NCBI GenBank assembly: GCA_017520505.1
Contig: JAFXFN010000006.1
Coordinates: 172,443-236,442 of the forward strand
Reading direction: 5' to 3'
DNA from: Clostridia bacterium
GTDB taxonomy: Bacteria > Bacillota > Clostridia > Oscillospirales > CAG-272
Length of the DNA stretch: 64,000 nucleotides
Under the pieces are notes generated by a model. That model searched no databases. It had not been told where the DNA came from and worked only from the letters and a program-made list of their open reading frames with translations. The translations under genes and the position numbers were made by a program. Below, piece by piece: positions 10,441 through 19,439 of this stretch (position 1 is the first letter of the stretch; each line of letters begins with the position of its first letter).

Positions 10441-11025
10441 ATGGAAAAGATCATACTTCGAAAATACTTCAAGCGTATACCGACGATCGAAACCGAAAAT
10501 CTGATATTGCGAAAGATAAAGGTTGCTGATTATAACGATATGTTCGAATATGCCAGACTTGAATCCGTCACAAGATTTCTGACGTGGCGTGCGCACGCAG
10601 ATGCGGATTATACAAGGCGGTATTTACAGCTCGTTCAGGATCAATACAGCGACGGCGAGTTTTACGATTGGGCTGTAACTTTGAAGGAATCCGGAAAAAT
10701 GATCGGCACTTGCGGTTTTACCTCCTTTGACGAAAACAACAACGCAGGCGAGGTCGGCTACGTTATAAATCCCGTCTATGCAGGGAGAGGATATGCCTCC
10801 GAAGCCCTCAGAGAGGTTATAAACGTGGGATTTATGACGCTCAACCTCCACCGCATTTATGCACGCTGTATGGACGGAAACCGTGCGAGCCTGCGTGTTA
10901 TGGAAAAATGCGGTATGACTTACGAGGGCTGTGCAAGGTCGAGTATGTACATAAAAGGAAAATATACCTCAATTCACACAAGCGCCATAATAAGCGATGA
11001 ATTTATAAGAAATTTAAAAAAGTAA
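10441..11025 (+). CDS. GNAT N-acetyltransferase (RimJ/RimL-like)
   Basis: IETENLILR, IGTCGF, EVGY...GRGYASEA and NRASLRVMEKCG motifs. A TTTACA-17-TATAAT promoter at 10376-10404 favours this start; the start is uncertain. Confidence 0.88.
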   Translation: MEKIILRKYFKRIPTIETENLILRKIKVADYNDMFEYARLESVTRFLTWRAHADADYTRRYLQLVQDQYSDGEFYDWAVTLKESGKMIGTCGFTSFDENNNAGEVGYVINPVYAGRGYASEALREVINVGFMTLNLHRIYARCMDGNRASLRVMEKCGMTYEGCARSSMYIKGKYTSIHTSAIISDEFIRNLKK

Positions 11026-11037
11026 ATGTACTTCAAG

Positions 11038-11125
11038 CGGGTTGTCGAGGCGCCAACGTGTAGTTGACTTGGTCAACTACGGTAGTTCGCTGTACAGCGA
11101 ACTACAAGGGGCGGGCACGGGCGCA
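11038..11125 (-). repeat. Structured intergenic repeat copy fused to a REP-like half element
   Basis: Minus strand GCGCCCGTGCCCGCCCC..two GTAG..CTAC hairpins..ACGTTGGCGC, homologous to the copies at 49608 and 50802. Confidence 0.65.
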
Positions 11126-11131
11126 AGCACA

Positions 11132-11167
11132 AAGGTCGGTTTGGAAAACCCAAACCGACCTTGTTTT
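11132..11167. terminator. Intrinsic terminator between convergent genes
   Basis: AAGGTCGGTTTGG-loop-CCAAACCGACCTT followed by a T-rich run. Confidence 0.75.
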
Positions 11168-13427
11168 AATTTATTCTTTTGTACATTTGTCTTATTCGGA
11201 AAACGACCTCGTCTTCACGCAGGCGGTCTTCAGCGTAGGCATCACGCAGAAGCTCGTGCGGGATATACTCATCGTATTTTTCAAATATCGGCACTTCGGC
11301 AGGAGATACAAGCTCTTTTTTGTCAAAGCCGTCACAAGTTAAGGCGCAAAGCTTATTTATCAGTTCTCTTTCGCTGTTGCCCTCATATTTAAAGGTCAGA
11401 TAACAGCATCCGTCATACTCAATATTCGATATTTGCAGATATTTCGCATTTTTCGCCATCAGCTTGCGAAGCGTTCTGAAGCTTCTTGTGCCGAGCCACG
11501 GGAACATACAGTACGTAAGGCCTCCGAGAGGTATAATAAACCTTTTGCAAACACCCGCATTCTGTGCTACACGGCGTGCAATATCAAGACGGCGACGCGC
11601 ATTCGGCTTCAAATACGGATATATCTTATCCTCGCACAACACCTGCTTCATTCTTTCAAGCACTCGTGTGTGTATTTCGCCGCTTTCTCCGGGCCACGTG
11701 ACCTCCATTTTACCCTTTACACCCTTGACGTAGATGAGCTTTCTCGGTATATCAAGCTCCGTTACCTCCCAGACTCTGCCTGCAAGTGCAAAACGGTCGC
11801 CGACAGGCGGCGGTGTGGTTATAGTTCCTATTTCATCGGATTCACATCTGACGGAGAAGTTTTCGCTATCCTTGAAAACAGCATAAAACTTAAAGCTGTT
11901 GACTATCCTCTCGCCTGCAAGACCTATAAGAAGTGTTTTTTCCTCGGTCATCTGCAAATAATCGCATTTCAGCATACTGACAAGAAGCGCCTTATACTCT
12001 TCCTTTGTCACCCTTTCAAATGCAGGCAGCGACAGAACACGCTCTGCAAGCGCCTTGGCGGTAAGCTCACCCGACGAAAACAGTATCGACAGCGTTTGCT
12101 GGAACAAAAGAGAAAACGGCAGTCTTTTTTCACTCGGCGGTTCGATAAATCTTTCCTCGATATAAAGCTGAACTATCGCTATTGCTCTTATAAGCTCCCA
12201 CGGAATAAGCTGCGGCATAGGTGTTTCGGGAAGCGGATTTTCCTCTCTGAAAACCATAAACATTTCAGGCGGTGCGCCACGGCGTCCGCTTCTGCCGAGT
12301 CTTTGCAAAAAGCTCGAAACGGTATTCGGCGAGCCATTCTGCACTACCCTTTCAAGTCTGCCTATGTCAACACCAAGCTCAAGTGTTACGGTTGCACACG
12401 TTACGGCATTGTATTCGTCGTTTTTCATTTTAAACTCCGCTTCCTCACGAAGCGAAGCGGAAAGATTGCCGTGATGTATCAGAAAAATGTCCTGCTCGTG
12501 CCTGTTGTCGGCAATTTGCCTGAGCGTTGCCGTTATATACTCCGTTTCTTCTCTCGAATTTGAAAAAACAAGACTTTTTTTATCCTTGACACAGTCGTAA
12601 ATATATTCGTACCCTGCATCGATTCTTGCACGTGCGGGTATCGGATCTTCTTTCTTTTCTTCGGTAAACTGCGTTACGTCTTTATTGGCAAATGCATCTG
12701 TTCCCGATTGGTCGAATTTTTCGTTTTGTATATAAAAATGCTCAAGTGCAAGCCGCCAGGACGTTTTGCCCTCATTAAGTATCGGCGCTTCACATATCCT
12801 GTTTGAACCGCCGCCAAGCCACTTTTTCGCTATATCAACGTCGCCGATGGTCGCCGAAAGTCCCACACGTCTTACATCCCTGCCGATTATCCTTGCTATT
12901 CTGTTAAGCTGACAGATTATCTGATTTCCTCTGTCGGTGCCCGTCAGTATGTGTATTTCGTCAATGACGACAAAACGCAGGTCACAGAAAAGACGCACGA
13001 TGTCATTCGATCTGTTCATCAGCATACTTTCAAGCGATTCGGGTGTTATCTGAAGTATTCCCTTAGGATTTTTCAGAAGCTTGTTTTTGTGCGACGATGA
13101 CACATCGCCGTGCCAATGGAACACGGGAATATCGCACTCCTTCAATATTTCGTCAAGCCTTAAAAACTGGTCGTTTATAAGGCTTTTCAAGGGGGCGATA
13201 TAAAGCACGCCCACGCTTTGCGGCGGATCCTCCGTAAGCATTGAGATTATCGGAAAAAATGCCGCCTCGGTCTTGCCCGATGCCGTTGATGACGTAAGCA
13301 AAAGGTTATGCTCCGTTTCAAAAAGCACCTGTGCGGCGGCATTTTGAACCGCACGGAGCGACTCCCAATTATTTCTGTATATATATTCTTGTATAAACGG
13401 GGAAAATCTGTAAAATATATCCGACAT
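11166..13427 (-). CDS. Lhr-like DEAD/DEAH-box SF2 helicase
   Basis: TASGKT, YIAPLKSL, DEIH, SAT, HHG, TLELGVDIG and QRLGRSGRR motifs. Confidence 0.9.
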   Translation of the reverse strand: MSDIFYRFSPFIQEYIYRNNWESLRAVQNAAAQVLFETEHNLLLTSSTASGKTEAAFFPIISMLTEDPPQSVGVLYIAPLKSLINDQFLRLDEILKECDIPVFHWHGDVSSSHKNKLLKNPKGILQITPESLESMLMNRSNDIVRLFCDLRFVVIDEIHILTGTDRGNQIICQLNRIARIIGRDVRRVGLSATIGDVDIAKKWLGGGSNRICEAPILNEGKTSWRLALEHFYIQNEKFDQSGTDAFANKDVTQFTEEKKEDPIPARARIDAGYEYIYDCVKDKKSLVFSNSREETEYITATLRQIADNRHEQDIFLIHHGNLSASLREEAEFKMKNDEYNAVTCATVTLELGVDIGRLERVVQNGSPNTVSSFLQRLGRSGRRGAPPEMFMVFREENPLPETPMPQLIPWELIRAIAIVQLYIEERFIEPPSEKRLPFSLLFQQTLSILFSSGELTAKALAERVLSLPAFERVTKEEYKALLVSMLKCDYLQMTEEKTLLIGLAGERIVNSFKFYAVFKDSENFSVRCESDEIGTITTPPPVGDRFALAGRVWEVTELDIPRKLIYVKGVKGKMEVTWPGESGEIHTRVLERMKQVLCEDKIYPYLKPNARRRLDIARRVAQNAGVCKRFIIPLGGLTYCMFPWLGTRSFRTLRKLMAKNAKYLQISNIEYDGCCYLTFKYEGNSERELINKLCALTCDGFDKKELVSPAEVPIFEKYDEYIPHELLRDAYAEDRLREDEVVFRIRQMYKRIN

Positions 13428-13518
13428 ATTTCGTTCCTTATCTATCTGCTATATTTTATTTATTTTATCACATTTATCTTTTTTATTCAACCGCTTTACA
13501 AGAAAATTAACAGAAAAA

Positions 13519-13543
13519 GGGACGTCGAGGCGCCGTCCCCTGC
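13519..13543 (-). repeat. REP-like palindrome (GCAG-GGGACGGCGCCTCGACGTCCC)
   Basis: Tetranucleotide followed by an imperfect GC hairpin, beside a terminator; resembles GTAG-type REPs. Confidence 0.55.
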
Positions 13544-13551
13544 AAAACAAC

Positions 13552-13579
13552 AAAAGAGTCGGTACAAACCGACTCTTTT
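13552..13579 (-). terminator. purC terminator
   Basis: AAAAGAGTCGGT-ACAA-ACCGACTCTTTT. Confidence 0.8.
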
Positions 13580-13588
13580 AAAATGCAA

Positions 13589-14272
13589 TTATCTGTTAAG
13601 GATAAGCTTTGTAAGCTCAACAGGTTCAACTATCTTGTCGCCCTTATATACACGCATATTGCCCGATGCAATTTCGTCAATAAGGATAACCTCGCCGTTG
13701 TTGTAACCGAATTCAAACTTGATGTCCCAAAGGTCAAGACCGATCTCTTTAAGGTCGTCAGCAACGATCTTTGTTATCTTGAGTGTCTGTTCCTTCATGC
13801 TTGCAAACATTTCGGGAGTCATTACGTTAAGTGCGGCAAGACCTTCGCCTGTTACAAGCGGATCGCCCTTTTCGTCATTCTTGAATGTACATTCAACGTA
13901 ACCGCCTTCAAGAGGTGTACCGTCCTTGATATATTCGCCGTATCTGCGGATAAAGCTTCCCGTTGCAACAAGTCTGCAAATTACTTCAAGTCCGTGACCG
14001 AACACGGTTGCGGGAAGAACCTCCATTGTTACGTTGTCAAGGTCTGCACTTACATAGTGTGTCTTGATTCCTGCATTTTTAAGCAGTTCAAAATAACGGA
14101 TAGACGTTTCAAGATTTGCACGGCCGATACCTTCGATAGTAAGTCCGACTGTATTTTCACCGGGATCGAACACGCCGTCCTTACCTGTGCAGTCGTCCTT
14201 GAACTTCAGCATTACATTGCCGTTTTCAAGCGAGTAAACATCTTTTGTTTTGCCTTCATAAATCTTTTTCAT
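13589..14272 (-). CDS. purC: SAICAR synthetase
   Basis: [25 protein letters not shown] and LIDEI...NMRVY motifs. Confidence 0.92.
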   Translation of the reverse strand: MKKIYEGKTKDVYSLENGNVMLKFKDDCTGKDGVFDPGENTVGLTIEGIGRANLETSIRYFELLKNAGIKTHYVSADLDNVTMEVLPATVFGHGLEVICRLVATGSFIRRYGEYIKDGTPLEGGYVECTFKNDEKGDPLVTGEGLAALNVMTPEMFASMKEQTLKITKIVADDLKEIGLDLWDIKFEFGYNNGEVILIDEIASGNMRVYKGDKIVEPVELTKLILNR

Positions 14273-14383
14273 AACGCAAGACTCCTTTAAGTAACAAAAA
14301 TTACATTCAATATCTTACCACATTTTTTTCCTTTTGTATAGTATTTTTTCAAAAAAAATTTGCTTCAAATGAATTTTTTTCTG

Positions 14384-14432
14384 TTGACAAAAGCAAAAAA
14401 CGGGAGTATAATTAAGTTAGCATACACTAACT
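14384..14432 (+). promoter_or_regulatory. Consensus sigma-A promoter plus palindromic operator AGTTAG-N6-CTAACT
   Basis: TTGACA(14384)-17-TATAAT(14407); palindrome at 14415-14432 over the expected transcription start. Confidence 0.7.
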
Positions 14433-14452
14433 GCAATGAGGGAGAAAATAAA

Positions 14453-14713
14453 ATGGAAAAAATAACGCTCAAAATAGAAGGAATGATGTGTCCGATGTGT
14501 GAGGCTCACATGAACGATGCCGTACGAAACGGCTTTGACGTCAAAAAGGTCGTTTCATCTCATAAGGACAAGCAAACGATTATACTGACAGAATCGAAAA
14601 TAACGGATGAACAGCTTAAAGCCACCGTTGAAAAAACGGGATATAAGCTTCTCGGAATTACCCGTGCGCCTTACGAGAAAAAGGGAATACTTTCCATTTT
14701 GAAAAAGAAATGA
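14453..14713 (+). CDS. Heavy-metal-associated (HMA/CopZ-like) domain protein
   Basis: IEGMMCPMC metal-binding motif; GGAG RBS supports ATG 14453. Confidence 0.88.
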   Translation: MEKITLKIEGMMCPMCEAHMNDAVRNGFDVKKVVSSHKDKQTIILTESKITDEQLKATVEKTGYKLLGITRAPYEKKGILSILKKK

Positions 14714-14716
14714 ATA

Positions 14717-14746
14717 AAGAGGTCGGATTGCTCCGACCTCTTGTTT
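14717..14746. terminator. Bidirectional terminator
   Basis: AAGAGGTCGGA-TTGC-TCCGACCTCTT between convergent genes. Confidence 0.75.
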
Positions 14747-15417
14747 TATAAAATATAGAATATTATTCCAAAAAACTGCAACACGCTTCCCGCAATTACA
14801 AACAAATGAAAAACGGAATGCATATAGCGCACCTTGTTTCCTATACCGTACAGCACCGCACCGACGGTATAAGCAATACCGCCTATGAGTATGAACATAA
14901 TGCCCCTCATAGGAATCGATGCCAATGCAGGCTTCGCCGCAAAGACGATGCACCAGCCCATACCGAGATAGCATATCATCGAAAGCACCGCATATTTATC
15001 AAGGTCTATTGCCGTAAATACCGTTGCAACGGCGGCACATCCCCACACGATACCGAACAAAGCCCAAGCCCAACCGGGATGCTCAGGGCGTATTCCGCAA
15101 AGAAGAACGGGGGTGTAAGTCCCTGCAATGAGAAAGTTTATCATACAATGGTCAAGCACCTGCATGACTCTTTTACCCATATTTGGGTGAAGTCCGTGAT
15201 ACACGCTTGACGTTGTATAAAGCACCACCATCGATGCGCCGTATATTGAGCCGCTGACCACCGCCCACGCATCGCTGTTTATTGCCGAATAGACGATGCA
15301 CAAAACAAGCACTGCAACGCCGAGTGTCGCACCGACGATGTGGCTGACAGTATTAAATATTTCTTCGCCTTTGGTATAGTCGGGCAAAAGTCTGTCCGAC
15401 AGTTTTGTTCTTTTCAC
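14746..15417 (-). CDS. Hemolysin III / PAQR family membrane protein
   Basis: EEIFNTVSH, SSVYH, LDHCMI..LIAGTYTP and HSVFHLFV motifs. Confidence 0.92.
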   Translation of the reverse strand: MKRTKLSDRLLPDYTKGEEIFNTVSHIVGATLGVAVLVLCIVYSAINSDAWAVVSGSIYGASMVVLYTTSSVYHGLHPNMGKRVMQVLDHCMINFLIAGTYTPVLLCGIRPEHPGWAWALFGIVWGCAAVATVFTAIDLDKYAVLSMICYLGMGWCIVFAAKPALASIPMRGIMFILIGGIAYTVGAVLYGIGNKVRYMHSVFHLFVIAGSVLQFFGIIFYIL

Positions 15418-15423
15418 TTTGAA

Positions 15424-16251
15424 TTATTTTTCAAGCATCGATATAAGCTTGCCGAGCACAGGCTCGAACTTTGCTCCATACCAATGATTCTCCTCTTCTG
15501 CCGTTGCTTTTATACATTCAACGGTGTAATCTGCCGCAATCTTTGCGCTTTCGTAAGCACTCTTTCCTCTTACAAGCGAGCCGACAAAAGCCGATGCGTA
15601 TATATCTCCCGTACCATGACAGCTATTCGGGAGCATATCGTGCTCATAATAGCTGTACTTTTCGTTTTCATAAACGACAACGCCCGTTTTGCCCTCATTG
15701 TATCTGACACCTGTAAGGATGACGTTCTTACATCCGATAGACGTAAGCTTTTCGATGATAAGGTCAATATATGCTCTGTCGTATTCCGTTTTGTATTCAA
15801 CACCCGTTAAGAAGCAAGCCTCTGTTATGTTGGGAACAACGTAATCAGCCGCAGCACAAAGCTTCTTCATTTCTTCAACGAAAGCTTCGTCAAATCCGGG
15901 GTAAAGCTTGCCGTTGTCAGCCATTGCAGGGTCAACGATAAGCGCACCCTTTACCGTTGCATTGTAAATATCGCAGACGTACTGTATCTGCTGTGCTGAG
16001 CCGAGATAGCCTGTATAAAGCGCATCAAAGGAAATATTCTCCTTCACCCAATGATCCTTTATCTTCGGCATATCCTCCGTCAGATCATTGAACGTATATC
16101 CCGAAAAGCCTGCTGTGTGCGTTGAAAGCACAGCGGACGGCAAAACGCACGTTTCAATTCCGCAAGCGGAAATTACGGGAAGCGCAACGGTCAACGAGCA
16201 CTGACCGAGGCAGGAAATATCCTGAATAGTTAAAACTCTCTTATAAGCCAT
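15424..16251 (-). CDS. pdxK: Pyridoxal/pyridoxamine kinase
   Basis: QDISCLGQCS, LSTHT, YTGYLG, VDPAMADNG, PNITEA and HGTGD motifs. Confidence 0.88.
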   Translation of the reverse strand: MAYKRVLTIQDISCLGQCSLTVALPVISACGIETCVLPSAVLSTHTAGFSGYTFNDLTEDMPKIKDHWVKENISFDALYTGYLGSAQQIQYVCDIYNATVKGALIVDPAMADNGKLYPGFDEAFVEEMKKLCAAADYVVPNITEACFLTGVEYKTEYDRAYIDLIIEKLTSIGCKNVILTGVRYNEGKTGVVVYENEKYSYYEHDMLPNSCHGTGDIYASAFVGSLVRGKSAYESAKIAADYTVECIKATAEEENHWYGAKFEPVLGKLISMLEK

Positions 16252-16343
16252 AATAAACACCTCTACATTTGATTAAGTAAATTATACACGGTTTTGATAT
16301 GATTTAAATAGCCAAACAGTAGCTTTTTTTTATAACCAGATGC

Positions 16344-17714
16344 TTATTTTTTCTTTGTTGCACTGGCAACGATCGCTGACAGCGCAAAGAGCGCGATGAC
16401 GTTGGGAATTACCATAAGGTTATTGAACATATCCGCAAGCTCCCAAACAAGGTCGTTTGAAAGAATAGAGCCGAGAAAGATGAACACGATGGCAATCAAT
16501 GAATATATAAGCACGGGAAGCTTTTTGCCGAAAAGCGATTCAACGTTAAGCTTTCCGAAGAAGTTCCAGCTCAAGATCGTAGAAAAAGCGAAGAACAGCA
16601 AGCAAACAGCAACGAAAATACCGCCGAGATTTTCACCGAATACGGTTGAAAATGCGTTCTGCATAAGGTTTGACTTTGTAAATCCGTCCTCGCTTCCGTC
16701 AGCCAAGGGGCCGCCGTTTGCGTAGAGTGTGGAAATAACAACGAGCGCTGTCATTGTAAGAACAACGAATGTGTCGATAAACACGCCTATCATAGCAACA
16801 ACGCCCTGATCGTGGGGCTTTTCAACGTTTGCCATTGCGTGTGCGTGAGGTGTTGAACCCATACCTGCTTCGTTAGAGAAAAGACCTCTCTTTGCACCCT
16901 GGCTTATTGCCGCTTTAAGTGCCGCACCGACACCGCCGCCGAGGATAGCCTGAGGAACAAACGCATACTTGAATATCATTCCGAATGCTTCGGGAACGTT
17001 TTTGATGTTAACGCCGAGAACGATAAGACCGAAAACGATATACAAAACAGCCATAACGGGAACTATCTTTTCAGTAACCGATGCAATACGCTGAATACCG
17101 CCGATGAAAATAAATGCGGATACAAGCACGAGCGTAACACCTATAGCCCAAGTGGGAATACCGAAGGCGTTATTGCAGGACTCTGCAATGGAGTTTGACT
17201 GTACCATCGTACCCATAAAGCCGAGTGCAAGGATAAGTGTAACGGAGAATATAGCAGACAAAACCTTGCCGAATTTGCCCTTGAACGCTTCTCTTATGTA
17301 GTAAACAGGACCGCCGGAGATGCTGCCGTCAGCATTCTCAACACGTGTCTTCTGCGCCAAAACAGCCTCGGCATATATCGTTGCCATACCAAAGAATGCG
17401 ATAAACCACATCCAGAATATAGCACCGGGACCGCCTACGAGTATAGCACTGCACGCACCGACAATGTTACCTGTACCGACCTGTGCGGCAATAGCCGTGG
17501 AAAGAGCCTGGAACGACGAAAGACCGCCCTTCTGCTTTCCGCCCTTCATGGAGAAGTTACCGAAAACCTTCTTCATACCTTCGCCAAAGCAGCGAACCTG
17601 AACGAATCTTGTCTTGATCGTATAGAAAAGACCTATACCGACAAGCAAGAAAATAAGAATGTAGTCAGACATATATGCATTTATAGTCTGAACAATTTTT
17701 AAAACCGTGTCCAT
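16344..17714 (-). CDS. Alanine/glycine:cation symporter (AGCS family)
   Basis: AAQVGTGNI, GGPGAIFWMW and KRGLFSNEAGMG motifs. The likely start is ATG 17714 with a GGAGG RBS; the ORF track extends through the riboswitch. Confidence 0.93.
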   Translation of the reverse strand: MDTVLKIVQTINAYMSDYILIFLLVGIGLFYTIKTRFVQVRCFGEGMKKVFGNFSMKGGKQKGGLSSFQALSTAIAAQVGTGNIVGACSAILVGGPGAIFWMWFIAFFGMATIYAEAVLAQKTRVENADGSISGGPVYYIREAFKGKFGKVLSAIFSVTLILALGFMGTMVQSNSIAESCNNAFGIPTWAIGVTLVLVSAFIFIGGIQRIASVTEKIVPVMAVLYIVFGLIVLGVNIKNVPEAFGMIFKYAFVPQAILGGGVGAALKAAISQGAKRGLFSNEAGMGSTPHAHAMANVEKPHDQGVVAMIGVFIDTFVVLTMTALVVISTLYANGGPLADGSEDGFTKSNLMQNAFSTVFGENLGGIFVAVCLLFFAFSTILSWNFFGKLNVESLFGKKLPVLIYSLIAIVFIFLGSILSNDLVWELADMFNNLMVIPNVIALFALSAIVASATKKK

Positions 17715-17734
17715 AGCACGACCTCCAAAAAAAT

Positions 17735-17759
17735 AAAAATCCGCTGAAAGACAGCGGAG
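17735..17759 (-). terminator. Riboswitch expression-platform terminator
   Basis: Minus strand TCCGCTG-TCTTT-CAGCGGA-TTTTT between aptamer and RBS. Confidence 0.7.
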
Positions 17760-17790
17760 AACAAAGAAATATACCAGACATAGAAGTGAA

Positions 17791-17918
17791 ATGCCTGCCC
17801 TGTCCTTTTGCCTGAGAGATTCGGCTTGCGCCTTGCACCTTCGGCACCCGCACGGCTTGCGGGATTCTCCAGAGCCTCCTCCGCCCTCGGTCTTTAAAAT
17901 TCCAAGAGCCTCAACGGT
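17791..17918 (-). ncRNA. Glycine riboswitch (singlet aptamer with upstream ghost-aptamer-like hairpin)
   Basis: Minus strand CTCTGGAGA...GCCGAAGGTGCAA...AATCTCTCAGGCAAAAGGACAG upstream of the Ala/Gly symporter. Confidence 0.9.
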
Positions 17919-18097
17919 TGCAAACGCTATTCTATCATAACACCGACCGAAATTCAATGACAATATTGCACAAATATCGACATACGGTTTTGTGTATATT
18001 CTACATACAAATAGAATTTATTATTTATTTAATGATTATGCAAATGCTTTGTTCATATTTTTCGGGTATCATAAGCATATATATCTTCGGAGGAATT

Positions 18098-18346
18098 ATG
18101 GAAACAAGAGTAGCACTTATAAGCATAATCGTTGAAAAATTCGATTCGGCGGAGGAAATAAACTCACTTCTTCACAAATACGGTGAATACGTCATCGGCA
18201 GAATGGGACTTCCCTACCGCAAGAAAAATATAAATATTATAAGTGTCGCAGTAGATGCTCCGCAGGATATTATATCGGCTCTTTCGGGAAAGATAGGCAA
18301 GCTTGACGGTGTAAGCGTCAAGACTGTGTATTCCGGAGGTATCTGA
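18098..18346 (+). CDS. Iron-only hydrogenase system regulator (TM1266 family, ACT-like)
   Basis: METRVALISIIV...IGRMGLPY...ALSGKIGKLDGVSVK; GGAGG RBS; translationally coupled to hydE. Confidence 0.85.
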   Translation: METRVALISIIVEKFDSAEEINSLLHKYGEYVIGRMGLPYRKKNINIISVAVDAPQDIISALSGKIGKLDGVSVKTVYSGGI

Positions 18347-19389
18347 TGTTCACGTTTGAACTTATTGACAAGCTTGAAAAAGAACACTCGCTCACCCTTG
18401 AGGAATACGAATATCTTATATCGAATTTTTACGACGATACCTATGACTATGCACGCAGAAAAGCGGTCGAAGCAAGGAAAAAGATATACTCAAACAAGGT
18501 CTTTATCCGTGGGCTTATTGAAATATCAAACATCTGCAAAAACGATTGTTATTACTGCGGAATCAGAAAAAGCAATACTCTTTGCTCTCGCTACAGACTG
18601 ACAAAGGAAGAAATACTCACCTGCTGCGAGGAGGGGTATTCCCTCGGCTTCCGCACGTTCGTTTTACAGGGCGGTGAGGACGGATATTTCACCGACGACG
18701 TGCTTTGCGACATAGTAAAGTCGATAAAAGCAAAATATCCCGAATGTGCCGTAACGCTTTCCCTCGGTGAGCGTTCTTATGACAGCTATAAAAGGCTGAA
18801 AGAGGCAGGGGCTGACAGGTATCTGCTCCGACACGAAAGCATCACACGTGAGCATTACGAAATGCTCCACCCCGAAAATATGTCGTACGACGAAAGGGTA
18901 AGATGTCTGAATGACTTGAAATCACTCGGCTTTCAGGTCGGATGCGGATTTATGGTATCATCTCCGTTTATGACACTCAAGCACATAGCAAACGATTTAA
19001 AATTCATTGAAGAATTCAAGCCGCAGATGTGCGGAATCGGCCCGTTCATACCGCACGTTGACACACCGTTCGGTGAATTTGAAGCAGGAAGTGCCGACTT
19101 CACCTGCTATCTTCTGTCAATTATCAGACTTATCCACCCGAATATCCTTTTGCCTGCAACAACAGCGCTTGGTTCACTTGCCGTAGGCGGACGTGAAAAG
19201 GGTATAATGTCGGGAGCAAACGTCATTATGCCGAACCTTTCACCGTCAAGCGTGCGTGAAAAATATATGCTTTACAACGGAAAAGCATTCACGGGAAGTG
19301 AGGCAGGCGAAAACCTTGCAAACATTATGGCAAGCCTTGCGGAAATAGGCTACGAAACGGTCGTTGACCGAGGAGATTACGTAAAATAA
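18346..19389 (+). CDS. hydE: [FeFe]-hydrogenase maturase HydE (radical SAM)
   Basis: CKNDCYYC, YRL, RYLLRHE, GIGPFIPH, PATTAL and GANVIMPN motifs. Confidence 0.92.
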   Translation: MFTFELIDKLEKEHSLTLEEYEYLISNFYDDTYDYARRKAVEARKKIYSNKVFIRGLIEISNICKNDCYYCGIRKSNTLCSRYRLTKEEILTCCEEGYSLGFRTFVLQGGEDGYFTDDVLCDIVKSIKAKYPECAVTLSLGERSYDSYKRLKEAGADRYLLRHESITREHYEMLHPENMSYDERVRCLNDLKSLGFQVGCGFMVSSPFMTLKHIANDLKFIEEFKPQMCGIGPFIPHVDTPFGEFEAGSADFTCYLLSIIRLIHPNILLPATTALGSLAVGGREKGIMSGANVIMPNLSPSSVREKYMLYNGKAFTGSEAGENLANIMASLAEIGYETVVDRGDYVK

Positions 19390-19439
19390 AATTTATCTAA
19401 AGGGGAAGAAGCTCTGACCCTAAAGAAAGGAAAAATAAA

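Noticed and set aside
17715-17963. N-terminal extension of the symporter in the ORF track
   Set aside because: It runs through the glycine riboswitch; the RBS supports ATG 17714.
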